Source: Guillardia theta CCMP2712 (lineage: Eukaryota; Protista; Cryptophyta). Taken from it: a stretch of DNA of 64,000 nucleotides. Both the position numbers and the translations under genes were made by a program. A model generated the notes under the pieces. The model worked only from the letters and a program-made list of their open reading frames with translations. It had not been told where the DNA came from and did no database searches. The stretch covers positions 145,038 to 209,037 of the forward strand of contig NW_005434618.1 of assembly GCF_000315625.1 (NCBI RefSeq). Direction: 5' to 3'. Below, piece after piece: positions 24,017 through 36,795 of this stretch (position 1 is the stretch's first letter; each line of letters opens with the position of its first letter).

Positions 24017-26301
24017 TCAGTGGGCCCGGAAGAAGGGAGGGAAGCTAGGTGCCTCCCAGCGAACTCGACCAGCCGGGTAACCCTGGCGGGCCATAGCTCG
24101 TTCTTGCATCATCGCAGCGTATCTCGCACGCGCAATCTTCATCGCCTACGGTCGATCATCATCCATTTGCGAAGCAGCACATGGGCTCGTAATGCTTCTC
24201 TCTCACCTCATACTGACGATTCAACGCAGTCGCTTCGGCCACCAGGTTTCCAGCCAGTCGCTGCTCCCACTGCCAAAAGGTCAACCATGGGAGTCTGCGA
24301 CAAACTAGAGATGCACCTGTCGCTTTGCTCGCGCCTCTTGCCATGGCCAATGATTCACTTGCACGCCCAGCTCACCCAACTTCTTGCAACCAGGGACGTC
24401 AGAGGCACAGGTCTGCCGCAGCATATCATCAGCTCTGCCGACAAATGACACTGCAGTCAGTGAACTCACGACTGGATTTGATTCTGTCTGGTTCAGCGAC
24501 TGTGTATGAAAGATGCCAAGCTGAGCATCAGCGTCCGCTAACTTGCTCATGTCCTGTGAGTCGGCCTGAAACCCCAACGTCAGCAACAAAGCTATGGATT
24601 CGAAAGAGAAACAAGGACAAAAGGAAAAGGATGGAGGGTGAAATGGCAACAGCACGAATGTAAACAAGAAATCGAAGGAAGAGATTTGCAGAAGATAATT
24701 ACGAACAAGCTCTAGGACGGGCAGGAGCAAGGGGCACAAGAGGAAACGAAAATGAAGATAAAGATGGCTGTCGAAGACAAGGTCATAGCGAATACCCGAA
24801 GCTTCTGTGCAACTCCTCGCTCCCATTCTCTTGTTCCCTTAGCGAAAATGGCTCCAGGCTTGCAATCGATGCCTTTGCACGCCTCCCACGGCCATTGATC
24901 AACAGCAATGCCTGTTTTGATCTAGTAAGCATCTAATACAATATTTACGGGAAAGTAGAAATTGCACACCGTGCTGCTTCTCGAGGTATTCTGTGTTGTC
25001 AGGAGTCCAATACCACTTATTAAAGATCGAAAGTCTTGGTTGGCTCTCTGTGCTGTTGGTCGAATTTCCCGCATCAGCCAGTCTCTGCAGGGTTGCCAAC
25101 TTCTCGAGGTCAAAGGAACCAGCCTGACTTATCACATAAGATGAACAGCCAGACTGTAGTAAGGAAAAGAAGAAGAAAAAAAGCAACCTGAAGTGATTGC
25201 GACAATTTCTCTTCGATGTTTGCACCAGACACACCAGATCTTGACAGCTGCTGTAGCATGGAGGCATCTTGAGCCAAGAGAACCGCTGCCTGCTTCGCTT
25301 TCGCTCCCACTCCCTGTTTCCACGGCCAGTCATAAACATTCACTCCTTTGCCTGTACACACGTTCATTGAGTTGAAGGCAAGTCAACATTGAAATTTTGA
25401 TGCCCACCAGGTGAATTTGCAGATTGTGATGCAAGTTTGTTGCAGTTAGGCGTGTCTTCACTGCATTTGTCGTTGTGTCCGTTCCACGGAGTGTCGAGAC
25501 CCCAAGCTCCTGGAGGAATTCAACATCATCAAGGTGGCCCAAGACAGAAATCGATACCTGCAGGTTGCCCGGCAGAAGCTTGTCCTTCCAACTGTTGAAC
25601 ATGATTCCTCCTGCCCATACTTTGACGATTGATCTTGTCAGCACGCGACTTCTCGAGAGCAGCGAGGGCTTGTTTGTTGAGCAGGGGGTTCGAATGCGGC
25701 ACATCTTGAAATGCGTGCATGAGGTCTCCCACAACAGATTCTTCATCCTACAAACGAATTTAACCAAAACCTGCCAAAAGCATCTACCTTGAACCTTTTG
25801 CTGTCCTCTGGCCGCTTGCTGCCATGGCCAATGATCGACATCGATGCCAGCCTTCCCCAACCTACTTCGGGGCATTCTGCGTGCAATCATCCTGAGGAAA
25901 CAGATTTTTGAGTTGGAACTCTTTGGAATCCTCCCAATCAACAGATCAGTACCTCAGGTCCTGTGTCTTGCGGTGCTGCAGGACAGGTCGGGGCTTCAGC
26001 ACAGACTGCCGGCTGATCGGATCAACTTTGACAGACAAAATTTTGCTCGTTGGCTCTGTTTGATCAGACAGCATGTTCTCAAATTTCGACACCCAGTTGC
26101 CATTCTGTTCCAACTTGGTTGGATGGCTGTAGGAGTGAAGAAGGACGGCTACAATCACAACGCTACCAAGAGCGAAAGCCAAGGCATGACGACGAGATTG
26201 AGCTGGCCCTTTCTGTGGAAGAGAGGTCAGATAACTCCTGCACTAAAAATGAGACTTGCCTCGCTATCGAGAGACAGCGTCCCATAGGACTTCAACAGCA
26301 T
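24017..26301 (-). CDS. type II membrane protein with four G[IV]xVxxWPW repeats (hypothetical, multi-exon)
   Basis: MLLKSYGTLSLDSE|KGPAQSRRHALAFALGSVVIVAVLL (signal anchor); repeats GIDVDHWPWQ, GVNVYDWPWK, GIAVDQWPWE, GVQVNHWPWQ; last exon ...RWEAPSFPPFFRAH* with stop at 24017-24019. Confidence 0.65.
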
Positions 26302-26938
26302 AGCCTAGCGGTGTATGTCAAAACAAGTCATTTCTTCTTGGAAGAGAAAATGAGACTGATCGTTAATGACACGGAAGAACACGAAAGGAACGCCCAACAT
26401 CACTTGCTTCGTCTTCCACAACACATGAGCGAGAGGAGGTGGTCATTTAAGCAGTCTAGCGGGCTACAATGCTTCATGCTCTGTGAAGTGGGTCTCAATA
26501 TCCACATATATGAACTAAGGTTGCAAAGTTCCTCCACTATATTGCCCTCTTCTCCACTCCAGTCCACTCTTCTCCCCTCGCATCCCTTCCCCTTCTTCTC
26601 TCCTCCCCTTTCTTCCCCTCCTCCCTTATCCTTCCCCATCCCTCCCTGTCCCTTTCCCTTTCGCTTCCTCTTCCTCTTCCCTCCTCCATTCTCCTTCCCT
26701 CAACCCTTGTCAATCCTCCATTGATCTGCCTCTTCGGGGACGGGAGGAAGGCAAACCGGGCCAGGCGAATACTCCCAGTTCCCACTTTATTATTATCCCA
26801 CATCTGCCTTCATTATCAATCGTGAGGGGGGCTCGGATCCAATTCTATATTGGTAGGTACAGGAATGAAGGAAGGTGACAGGCGTGGAGGTCAAGGAAAG
26901 GGAGGTTGAGGAAGTGAAGCGACAAGTCCACGTTCATC

Positions 26939-28767
26939 ATGTCCGGTCCTGCCAAGGCTTTCTTGTTGTTCAGCCTGTCTCTGTCCTTGGTGGATGTGCT
27001 TGGAGACAATCCGACTGGGAGGTCGGAGACATATGTGTCTCCTCTGATTCCTGGAACGGACAAAATTACCTTGATGCAACATGACCTCCAACACCAGCCA
27101 GCCAAGGCTAAAACCTTGCGATCTTGGCTTGACCTGAGCAACAGGAAAACCTCAGCTCGATCGAGTGTCCTTTTGGAACACCCCCAGACACAGAAGCTTG
27201 GACAGGGCGTGAGTGACAGCAAGCGTATTGTGCTGGAAGGTACGAACTCAACACAAGATTCGAAGACAGAAGAGCAGGAGAACAAGAAGCAGGACGAAGA
27301 AGATAAAGTTCGTCTTGGGATTGAAGGAGCCTCGGAGAAAGATCGTTCCAGCGAGATATGGAGGTGCCCTCACATACCTCATGTTGATCCCTCCAAGATG
27401 AGTCAGCCCAATGTATCAGTCGGTATGTACATTTTAAATCTGCATGCAGAAGATAGGGGTCTCTCCACAGGAGAGTTCTTTGCAGACTTCCTTCTGTTCC
27501 TACGGCAGAAGGACAAGCCTCTCACTCAGTTTGATGGCATGCAACCGATCGACGAGCTGGCGTTTACCAACGCCATGTCCATCGACTCGATCTCCCAGTA
27601 TGGCAAGGGCGTCAGGAGAGTCGCCGGGAAGTTCTTCTTCTCGCCCGATCTCCGATGGTATCCGTTTGACAAGCAGTACCTGGAGATTGTTCTCGAGCAG
27701 TTCAAATCGCCTGTCACCCTCTGGGTATTTGTGCCTGATGCCGATCTCAATGGAATGAGCCCTTCCATTCGCTTCCCTGGTTGGCAGACTTCTCTACGTC
27801 AGTCGCCGACTTCTCTCTACGCCAACTGCAGAGCTAGGGTATCGGAAGGTGGTACAGTTTGCCGTGAGCAGGCTGATCTTTTGTTTAGGTCAGCACAAAG
27901 GTATATCCAGGAGCGAGCAGCGACGAGCAGAGCAGCTCAAGCAACATTACCTTCTCCAGGTTCACATTCAGTATCGCAGTGCAGCGCCCGATCTATGAAG
28001 GAGTTATCACCAAGTTCGTTCCTCCTTTCGTCATGCTGGCTCCAACCTTGTACTCCTTCTGGCTGGATCCCACTGTCAACTGGTCGATCCGCATCACCAT
28101 GGGATCGGGGGGATTGATATCTATTGTTTTCTTCCACAGCTCAATCTCGAATCAGGTGTGCAAGTTTATTCTGTCGCTTAGCAGAGAAGTGAAGGAGTTT
28201 GAGCGCAGATGCCCCCGGTCAATTATTTGACGATTTTTGACAAGTACATCTTCTGTGTTTACATTTGTATCTTCTTGCAGCTGCTCTCCAATTTCGTTGT
28301 GATTGTCCTTTTTCGTCGGGAAGCCGAATACAAAGAAGAAGTCTCGCCTCTGCTCAGATCTACATTGTGTACAGTATCCATATGGACCGGTTTTATTCTT
28401 TTCTTTGGGTTGTTTGCGATTATCTTACCTTTATGGTACGTGGCTTCGTGAAATGCCTTTCATATACGCTGACTTCCATTTTCGATTCTTCTTGGGCTTG
28501 AAAAAAAGGATGATTCTTGAATCCTTTGAGGTGTGTGAATGCCATGACACTCATGTTTTGTCTCATATCTCGCAGATCATTTTGGGTCTCATGATTGCTG
28601 TCATTGCAGCCTCCTTGTGGTAGATTGGTTGCCAGTCGCTTGGTTCCCCCAAGTAATTTCCTCTCAGGATCCTCAGCATTTACGCGGATGCAAAAGCTGC
28701 AGCTCAGGGTTATGTCAATATGAATTTTGCGAACAGTTAAAGCAAACGTCTTGTGAGAGGTTCGTGA
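26939..28767 (+). CDS. pentameric ligand-gated ion channel (Cys-less 'Pro-loop', GLIC/ELIC-like)
   Basis: Signal peptide; VSVGMYILNL, FFADFLLFLR, GKFFFSPDLRWYPFDKQYLEIVLE, GW; M1 KFVPPFVMLAP..SFWL; M2 RITMGSGGLISIVFFH; M2-M3 loop MPPVNYLTIFDKY; M3; M4. Confidence 0.9.
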
Positions 28768-29077
28768 TGAGCAAGCTTTGAGTATTCTCGCTCTGATCTT
28801 GTACTTGTGCGAACAGCTTCTGAGCCACTCGTGAAATACTAGGGTGCAGCATTTGAAGAAGATCAGCAGTGTAATTGGCCAGCAAACCATCGACCAACGA
28901 AATGTAGTCGAGTGCCTGTTCAATATCAGATAAGTTTGAATCCTGATTTATTGTACAAATGCCTTTGATCAGATACGTCCACAAGCTACACTTATCATAA
29001 CGAAAAAGCACTCTATCTTACCATTAATTGTACTACATCAATCGTAATCTATTCATTTTCACTCTCGGAAACATCAT

Positions 29078-31758
29078 CTATTGTGAGCTGAAATGAATCG
29101 GCCTCGACGTCTCTCTGTTCTCCCTACACGATTCGTCAGCAGAGCTGTGCACACGCTGCAATACACTCACCCGCAAAAGTCGCGCTTCTGAGTATCGCAC
29201 TGGAAAATTACATTCTTCGTCGACATGGCCGTGTGCCTGATGAGCGTAATGTTCGATAATGCGCAATCTCTTCCTTCCAAGAGGGCTAGCCGCACTGAAA
29301 CAAGTAATCATTAGAAACATTCTGGTGCTGATCATGGTCGACACACTTGTAGTCCTCCAGCATCTTCGGGTTCATATGCGAGTTTCGCAAGGGACTCTCC
29401 TTGAGCACATGACAAACAGGGTCGTCTATCTGTACTTCTGCCTTGCTGGGAGCAAAGTCTGGACCCAGAGGGTCTGATTGAGTTCCATCATCACGATTGG
29501 ATTCAAAATCTGAACATGACGCCACTTCCTTCTCCAGGAGGACACACATAGCGTTCTTGGGTTCAGTAGCTGACCAGTCCCCTTCTGACAAAGTAACATC
29601 TTGAGCGTCGTGAGGCTTTCCCGAAAATTTTCTCATCTCGTTTTCATTGGGCTTCAAACTGCTGCTTTCGAATCTTTCTAAACCTTCCACAGCTTCTGGA
29701 AGCTGTGATCATTATATCAGTAAACTGAGTGCAACATTTCCAGTGCTCTGCTCACCCCAAATCCTTCTTCCTCGAACTTTTGATTAATCAACCAAACCCC
29801 CATGAAAGTTATGATGATTCCACAACCTGCGCATTGTCAGCAGGTCATTCATTCTCGATTTTATTTTCGTCTTACCAAAAAGAAAGCTTTTCCACCATTC
29901 TCCAAAATCAACTTCAAGGTACAGCACCATACCAGCAGATATTGTTGAAAGCGTAAATGTGACTGCAGGATAAATGATATTCAGGGATCTTCGAATCTAC
30001 GAACTCAGCAGCTTACCATAGTAGACTGGAACAACTTGTTGAGCTCCAAATCCCATCATCGCTCTGGTTGTTCATTGGTTAGGCAAGATAAATTAAAATA
30101 GCCTCACACTTATTGAGATATTTCATTTGCATAATGATGGAGACGATTGCTCCGAAGATTAAAAGGTAAACAAGCCAACAATGAGCTGATCATTCACATG
30201 GTCACAAAAAATGATATACAGGTATCAAAATTTGAATACCTCCAGTAAACGGAACGAAATCACCGACTAGAAGGCTTTTAACACTGAGAGAAACCTGAAT
30301 TGAGGATAAATGGTTCCACTTTGGTTATGCTTTGCATATATATACCCCTTTTGCCGACATGACCGTCACAATACCAAAGAGTCCACAAAGCAGCACGAAA
30401 AACACCACATTCTTTTCTCTTTGTCTTTCGCTGATTGCAAATCTGAGAAGAATTCGATGTCATTCAGTATCGAGGGAACTGGTCGATCAGCGAATACCGT
30501 GAAATGCAGGGGTTGGCGACATAGCCAGCAAGCAAGAGCACGCAGAGCAGATATATTCCTGAACGCAAATTGACTAGCATGTCATACAAGAAACCATCCC
30601 CTTCTAAAAGCAATAATGATTACTGAGTAACAAAGTGAACAAAGATCAATTGTACCGTCTGCGGATTTGCTTGATATGCTTCTTGGTGCAAACAGTATCA
30701 CTAACATAGCTCCCCCCAGGGCAAAGAAGACTCCAAGTATGTTTCGGTAGGTCAACTTCTCTTTCAATATCGTTCTTGCCTGCAATGCGCTTTTCAGCAT
30801 TTTGAAAGTCTTTTGGCTTCTGTGATAACCAGGATACAGTTACTTATTACAGCAACGGCCCCCAGAGGCGATATCAACGATGCTGGTGCTAAGCCATACC
30901 TATTGACATGGGTCATTGTAAAATCTAGACCCAAAATCTCCATCAAGTCTTAAAATTCAGAGCATAACACATGACATTACTTACGCAAAGAAATTTCCTA
31001 CTTCTCCAATCCCCATAAGAGCCATCCCTGCCCACCACAACGGCAAACGCGTATAATGAATTATTGTCTCTGAAGATTCATTTCGTCGATGAGCGATCTT
31101 TTGCAACTGGAATGACAAACTGAATGAAAATCAGCTTCTGTTGGTGATAGCAGATCGGAAAGTACCTGATGAGGAAGTTTCCTACGGATGCTACAATCGC
31201 TCCGACTGCTGGGTTTGAACCATCCGCCGAGGAGGATGAGCTTGACGATCTTCTTAATTCTAGGAAAAATTGCTCCATCTCTTCACTTGAATCAACAAAA
31301 TCAGAAAAAGTTACTAGACAGGGTGATGCGTGCAGACCGAGGTTGTCATGGTATCAAAATCCCGAGATCAGCAACATATCAGGGTGTAGGTCACGAGCTG
31401 TAGATTCCCGTCAGGTCATATCAAATACTTTCACTAGAAGAAATTCTGGTGCAAGCATTTTTTGGATGGTATATATCGAACAGGCAAAGTCGTGCTTTAC
31501 AGGATCGGGAAGCAGCATGTTCAGGCCCGATAGTCAAAATATCTGAGGACAAAAGCACCAGGCTCTACTATGGGCATGGCAGAAGATGGTGAGAAGAGGA
31601 AGTTTATGATATCATGAGAGGCATGTACAAACGATCAGAGGGGAGGTGGCAGATGAAGCATCTGCTGATCATCTCAGAGCACAAGATGCTCCGCCCAACT
31701 TCATGACGGCAGAAAAGGTAACCACACCAGGAGCAACACCTCTCCTCAATTGTTTCAT
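29078..31758 (-). CDS. NIPA-family magnesium transporter (multi-exon; termini approximate)
   Basis: [80 protein letters not shown]. Confidence 0.85.
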
Positions 31759-32228
31759 CTGGCTCCCAATACTTGGCCCAAAACTTTAAGATTCAAGATC
31801 ATCCATTCACTATGATGGAATCAGGAGGCTGGGGTAGTGCAAAATCGCGGCACCCTACCCACCCCGTCACTGGGAGAGCTGTTTTCAGGGCCACACACGG
31901 GACTCGATGAAGAGCCTCAGATCGCCTCTGAGGTCCCATAGCGGCCAGCACACGAAGAGTGGCTGACCATCCGCGGCCTGCTGGAGAGGGTAGTCGATTG
32001 TCAACTTCACTGGTGAGTTATTAGAAAAACGGGCCCGGAGTGGGGGTGGGGGGTTGTTGGCCGAAGTAAACAACAGCAGTGCTCGGAGGCCGAACACTAG
32101 GGTCCTACTTGCGGCATACCGTTACTAAACGTTGAACGCGGGTTGTGATGGCACACGCCGGTAGCAATCGGACTGACCTCAGAGTCGGCAAACTAAACCC
32201 TGAACTAAACCTGTGTTGGGTTGGCGCA

Positions 32229-33525
32229 ATGATGGCAGAGGAGGTTTGGGGACGGGAACCTACATGGCGGGAAGTAATGAGAGCTTCCTCGTCGCTTGCA
32301 CCTCAACTCGTAGACTATCTCCGACTGGTCTGCTCATGTTAAGTCTTTACTTCATACTGATACAGATCTAGGGAACGCTGCTAATGCCGGACAACAGTGG
32401 TGGCGAGGTCTCGTCGGAGGGGTTGCACACATGCGTATCTGTCATATCTCTTTACTCAGACGTCATAGAGAGCAGTAGAGGAAATGCTCTAACACGGTAG
32501 ATGAACCTTCATAGTATGGCTTGTGAATGTCTTTATGACTGTCTCAGGTGTAAGATGCAACGTCGATCAGGATTTATCTCAAACTCCAAGAGCGAAGTTC
32601 TCCTAGAATTTATTCGGCGTTTCGAGTTGATCTCTGAGATGCTCTGCGATCGAGCCCTGGCTAATCGGAAATTTATGCTCCTACTTATCATCGAATTAGC
32701 AAAGGCCTGTTGTAAGATACAAAACTGCAGGAAAGGCCGAGAGATAAACTACCGCTCCGATAGTCTTGGGCTAACAAGGGCACATCGTTTCCAGCTCTCA
32801 TGGTCACATGTGGATATACAGCGATTTAGATGGTGGCTTGCTGGATCGAGCATTCATGCTCTTCGCCCAGTTGTGTACCTGGCCCTTATGCAGAAGTTTG
32901 GCAACAAGTCATGGATTCCATGGATAACCTCCTTCTTTATCGATGCTCTTTCAGAAGCTCTGTCTACTCACCCAAACTTCCTTTCAAAGCAAACCATCAA
33001 GAATATGTCACATCAGAGCTTTCAAGGTTGTACCGTCGCTGATGACTCCAACAAACCCAAGTCCTACGGAACGAAGGAAATGGATACTTCACGTGAGCCA
33101 CAATCGTCTGAGGCATCTGAATTGGACCTTCAAGCTGTTGTGGACGATGAACCAAGAGTAGAGGGAACAAGAAGGGAAATGAAGGACTTGCACCGGCTGC
33201 AGATGAGGGCTGCAGCAATCGAGCTCATACTTCAAAAGGAAATCCAGAGGCGCCGTGGTCTACTTCTGCTTTACCTCTTCAGGCCTCCAGTGTTCCAGAC
33301 TCTCCTCGTGCCTCTGGTCCTGACCTTTGCTCTTACTTGGATTGTAAAATTCATTGACAATTTGCAGATCAAGCTCCTGCAAAGGCTGACCTCAAGAATA
33401 CCAATTTTGGGTGCTCTGATAGGTTTTGATTGTTGGAAGCGAATTTCCTTGACCACTAAGCAGGAGTTCTCCTCGAGATGCTGATGTCTTTGGGAAGATA
33501 CTATTTTTACACAGCTGGTACGTAG
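32229..33525 (+). CDS. PEX16: peroxisomal biogenesis factor Pex16
   Basis: SEGLHT..SLYSD, ELISEM, IIELAKACCK, IHALRPVVY...KSWIPW, EIQRRR.LLLLYLFRPPVF, IPILG, RYYFYTAGT* match the Pex16 family pattern. Confidence 0.88.
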
Positions 33526-33705
33526 ACTGCGTCCTTGATGAGATTCACTAGAGTTGTATTGAAATATCACATTCATATGATTCCATATCTGAAAAGATCA
33601 GCACCTATCTACTCAACAACTCTCTTCTAGTCCCAGAAAAGTCATCAAGCAGCTCTCTCAATGTCAAAATCTACAATTCGAAATCTGATATTCGAGAAAC
33701 TCGAT

Positions 33706-35891
33706 TCAAGAATCATGCTCCTTGGAAGTTCCTGATTAATCACGTCATTCACAAAATGTGAGTTTTCTAATGATGTATCGACCTTCATCTTTCCCCAGTG
33801 CTCCCTGCAGCAACGTAGGCTCACTCGCTTCGTCTTCTATGATCATCTCCGTCATGAGCTTATTTGGAATGAGGATGAAAGTGAGGGGGATAGCTAAAAG
33901 CGGGAGCAAACAATGTGAAATTCCCACTAGCCAGCCAAGATTGTCAAAGTTGCATGGAGCCTCCGTCTTGACACCTGCGAACTGCGTACTAAAATCATTA
34001 TCACACCAAAAAAGAAGAAAAGAGGAACCTGTGTCGCATAAAGCCCAATTTGATTGGATACAACCCCCCCAAAATTTTGAAAACCAGCCAACAATGCATA
34101 GGTCGTTGATTCAAGTCCCTTCGGGACAAGCTTTGAAGTCAAAACCACAGCTGGCATGAGTGCAAACATCATCACTGCAGGACCAATCACTGCATCCCCA
34201 AACATGTAGAACCATTTGTCGGGAATTCCCCAAGCAATATTGAGGCGATTGATTATAATCAAGTCCGATGCTGATGCAACACATTGCAATACTGTTGTAA
34301 CCCAGAAGAGTGTACGGAAAGTCCATCCGCTCATAAAATTTTGAAAGATCACAACTCCAACCCATCCAGTGAAGGCTCCCACGATTGACGTGTACGTGTT
34401 GTAATAGGTGTAGTCGAAAGCAGGTCCACCTGGAACACATTGCTCGTCGGCTGTAAACCAAAAATCTTGAGCTCCGCTAATGTTCAGATACAAAACAGAA
34501 GCCATGAACATGTAAAAGTTGCACTTGGCCAGTTGCCTGGGTAGCCAAAGAAAAGCGAGTACACTAAGAAAGACAGAGCAGGAGATCGCATAGACCATTT
34601 GCCAAAAGTGCTCTTCAAAAAAGAAAATATCGATGGCAGCATTTCCGAGCGCAACGGCTGCCATGATGATGCAAAAAGCAACAATGTAGGGATAAGTCTT
34701 GATAAGCTCCATGTCAATCCCTTCCTTCTCAGGTGCCACTCTCTGATCAATCAAAGTCAGGGAAAGAAAAGTGAGAGGAAACAAGGAACCTCGTCAGCCA
34801 AATATCCCAATGAGGTCGGGATGATGATGCTAACCGCAAGGGGCAACAAAACCCAGAAGAGAACCTTGTACACAATAAGTTGCTTGTCAGTCCCAAAAAT
34901 CGTATCTCTCACAAAGTTTAACCTTAGGGTCGTAGTGGTCAGCCACAGGACCCACGAACATAGCTGCCACCAAACTACCGATCTGGAAGCAGCCCCACAC
35001 ATAGCTGACCATGGTCGAGCCTGTTTTGGGTTTTGTTTGCATCAGTTCGGCATACTTTCCTTCGCAAAGAAGGTCTGAGGTCGCTATCTCCAAATTGACT
35101 GAAAAAAGCAAGATAGCAGAAAGTGCTGCTGATGTTACAGGGAAAGTCGCCAATGCAAAGAGGCCGATCGAACCGATTACTGCTGCCACCAGAATATAAC
35201 TCGCCTTGTGATACCCGAAGAGCGGGTAAGCATCAGCCAAAACCCCAATGGAACCCTTGATCGCCCATGGCGTTGATGAAATCACCATCATTGTCTGGCA
35301 TGCACTACCATCGATTTTTAGAGTTTTTTTGCAATATGATAACTTGACAAGTCCCAGCACAGACAACATCAATCCCTTGACCAGCAAGTACATCACAGTC
35401 ATCTGGATTGCAAATCTCCATCCAAAATTTTTGGTGAATCTTGAAAAAAAGTTTTCCCCAGACCTGCTCATCTGTTACCAGAATTTGTTAGCCTGACATA
35501 TTCATACCTTAGAGGATAAACAAGATAATCTGTAAATGTAGCATCTTCGGGTAGTTTATATTCATCATCTTCGTCGTCATCTCCTTTGACAGGCTGTTGA
35601 AATCAAGTCATTGAGATTAGTACATTCTTGATTTAAGATCTCATACAATACACTTTCAACCATATTGATTCCCACCCTATATAAAATCCAATGCTTCCAC
35701 AAGGTTCGAAACACCAAAAAATACATCTTCTTGTTCCGTACTTCCGCAACTATTTTCGAGGTTTACTTTGAGGACCTCCGTTTATCTTTCATTGAATTCA
35801 CCTCTTCAAGTATCTCCGTTAAACTAACCTTTCATTATCTGCTCCTCTCTCATAGTCTTACCTCGTAGTAAGCTTCGGCGCTGGATGCCAT
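33706..35891 (-). CDS. BT1-family folate/biopterin transporter (MFS)
   Basis: STPWAIKGSIGVLADAYPLFGYHKASY, DLLCEGKYAE, CVPGGPAFDYTYY, MPAVVLTSKLVPKGLESTTYALLAGFQNFG; first exon MASSAEAYYE. Confidence 0.92.
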
Positions 35892-36049
35892 GGCGCCTCC
35901 GCCTTGAGAGAACGATCGTGGTCCTTTGGTTATTTTTGGCACCCCCACCCTATATACAAATGAATTTCCATGAAGACATACGCAGGTGTACGGTGAAAGG
36001 ATTAAAAAACTTTGAACTGTTGACAAGTCGAAAACAACATTTGCGAAGA

Positions 36050-36510
36050 GACACCGGTGCCGCAGTGCCGCCCAACTTGCGGCCTGAGTCAGTCCCCCCG
36101 GGCCCGGCGGGCCCGGGCCCGGCCGGCCCAGCCGCGCCCCGAACTTGCCCTGTGCGGCCGGGGCATCCGAGGACCGTCGGACCACGGTGACTGATGCCGG
36201 GCAGACTCGGAGTCAGGAGTACGCGTCCGAGTGCGGCCTGATCGGATATGGCCACTGCTATGGACTTCCCTAGGGACGGAGGGCCGTGAGCAGCGGCCAC
36301 CGATGATTGGCCCTGGCATTCACTGACACGGGCCGCCCGAGTCCTCAACGGCGTGCCGTAGTACGTTCTACGGTCCGACAAGTTCCGAGTTCGCCGCTCA
36401 CGCCGCCGCGGCCGGGTCCGGACCCAGCCTCCCGGGACTCCGGGAGTCGGGCCCAACCGGCCGGCGGCGCGGCGGCCTACTCAGCCTCAGCACGGCGTGG
36501 TCCTAACTAA
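36050..36510. promoter_or_regulatory. GC-rich intergenic island between the divergent BT1 and giant IPT genes (similar islands at ~230-460, 2810-3460, 15760-15960, 18290-18610, 23760-23960)
   Basis: CCGGGCCCGG-type runs and GAGTC/TGAGTCA motifs recur mostly near gene 5' ends; regulatory role is inferred. Confidence 0.4.
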
Positions 36511-36795
36511 AACGATAATGTAAAATCTGAGGCGGACCCGTAAATCATAGAACCGGCGGTTACTTTAGGGCCGAAGTTTTACTCAATGAATACGAGACCG
36601 GCCCTATCGGTTTTTTTGGCTCATCCTCCCCGCGCAGTCACGAAAAGCGCTGGGAATGGGCGCTGGACGAGATGCAGGAAGTAACGGAACGGTAAGGTGA
36701 GCAGCATTTAGATATGTAGGTCCGAATGACATTGTTCTTGTGAGTCAGGTTGGGGACAACATGACAAGCTTAAATTTCCTCCTATAGTGCAGGAT

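Noticed and set aside
24020-24663. Plus-strand small gene
   Set aside because: The minus strand carries the WPW repeat and coherent splice sites, so the plus ORFs are likely shadows
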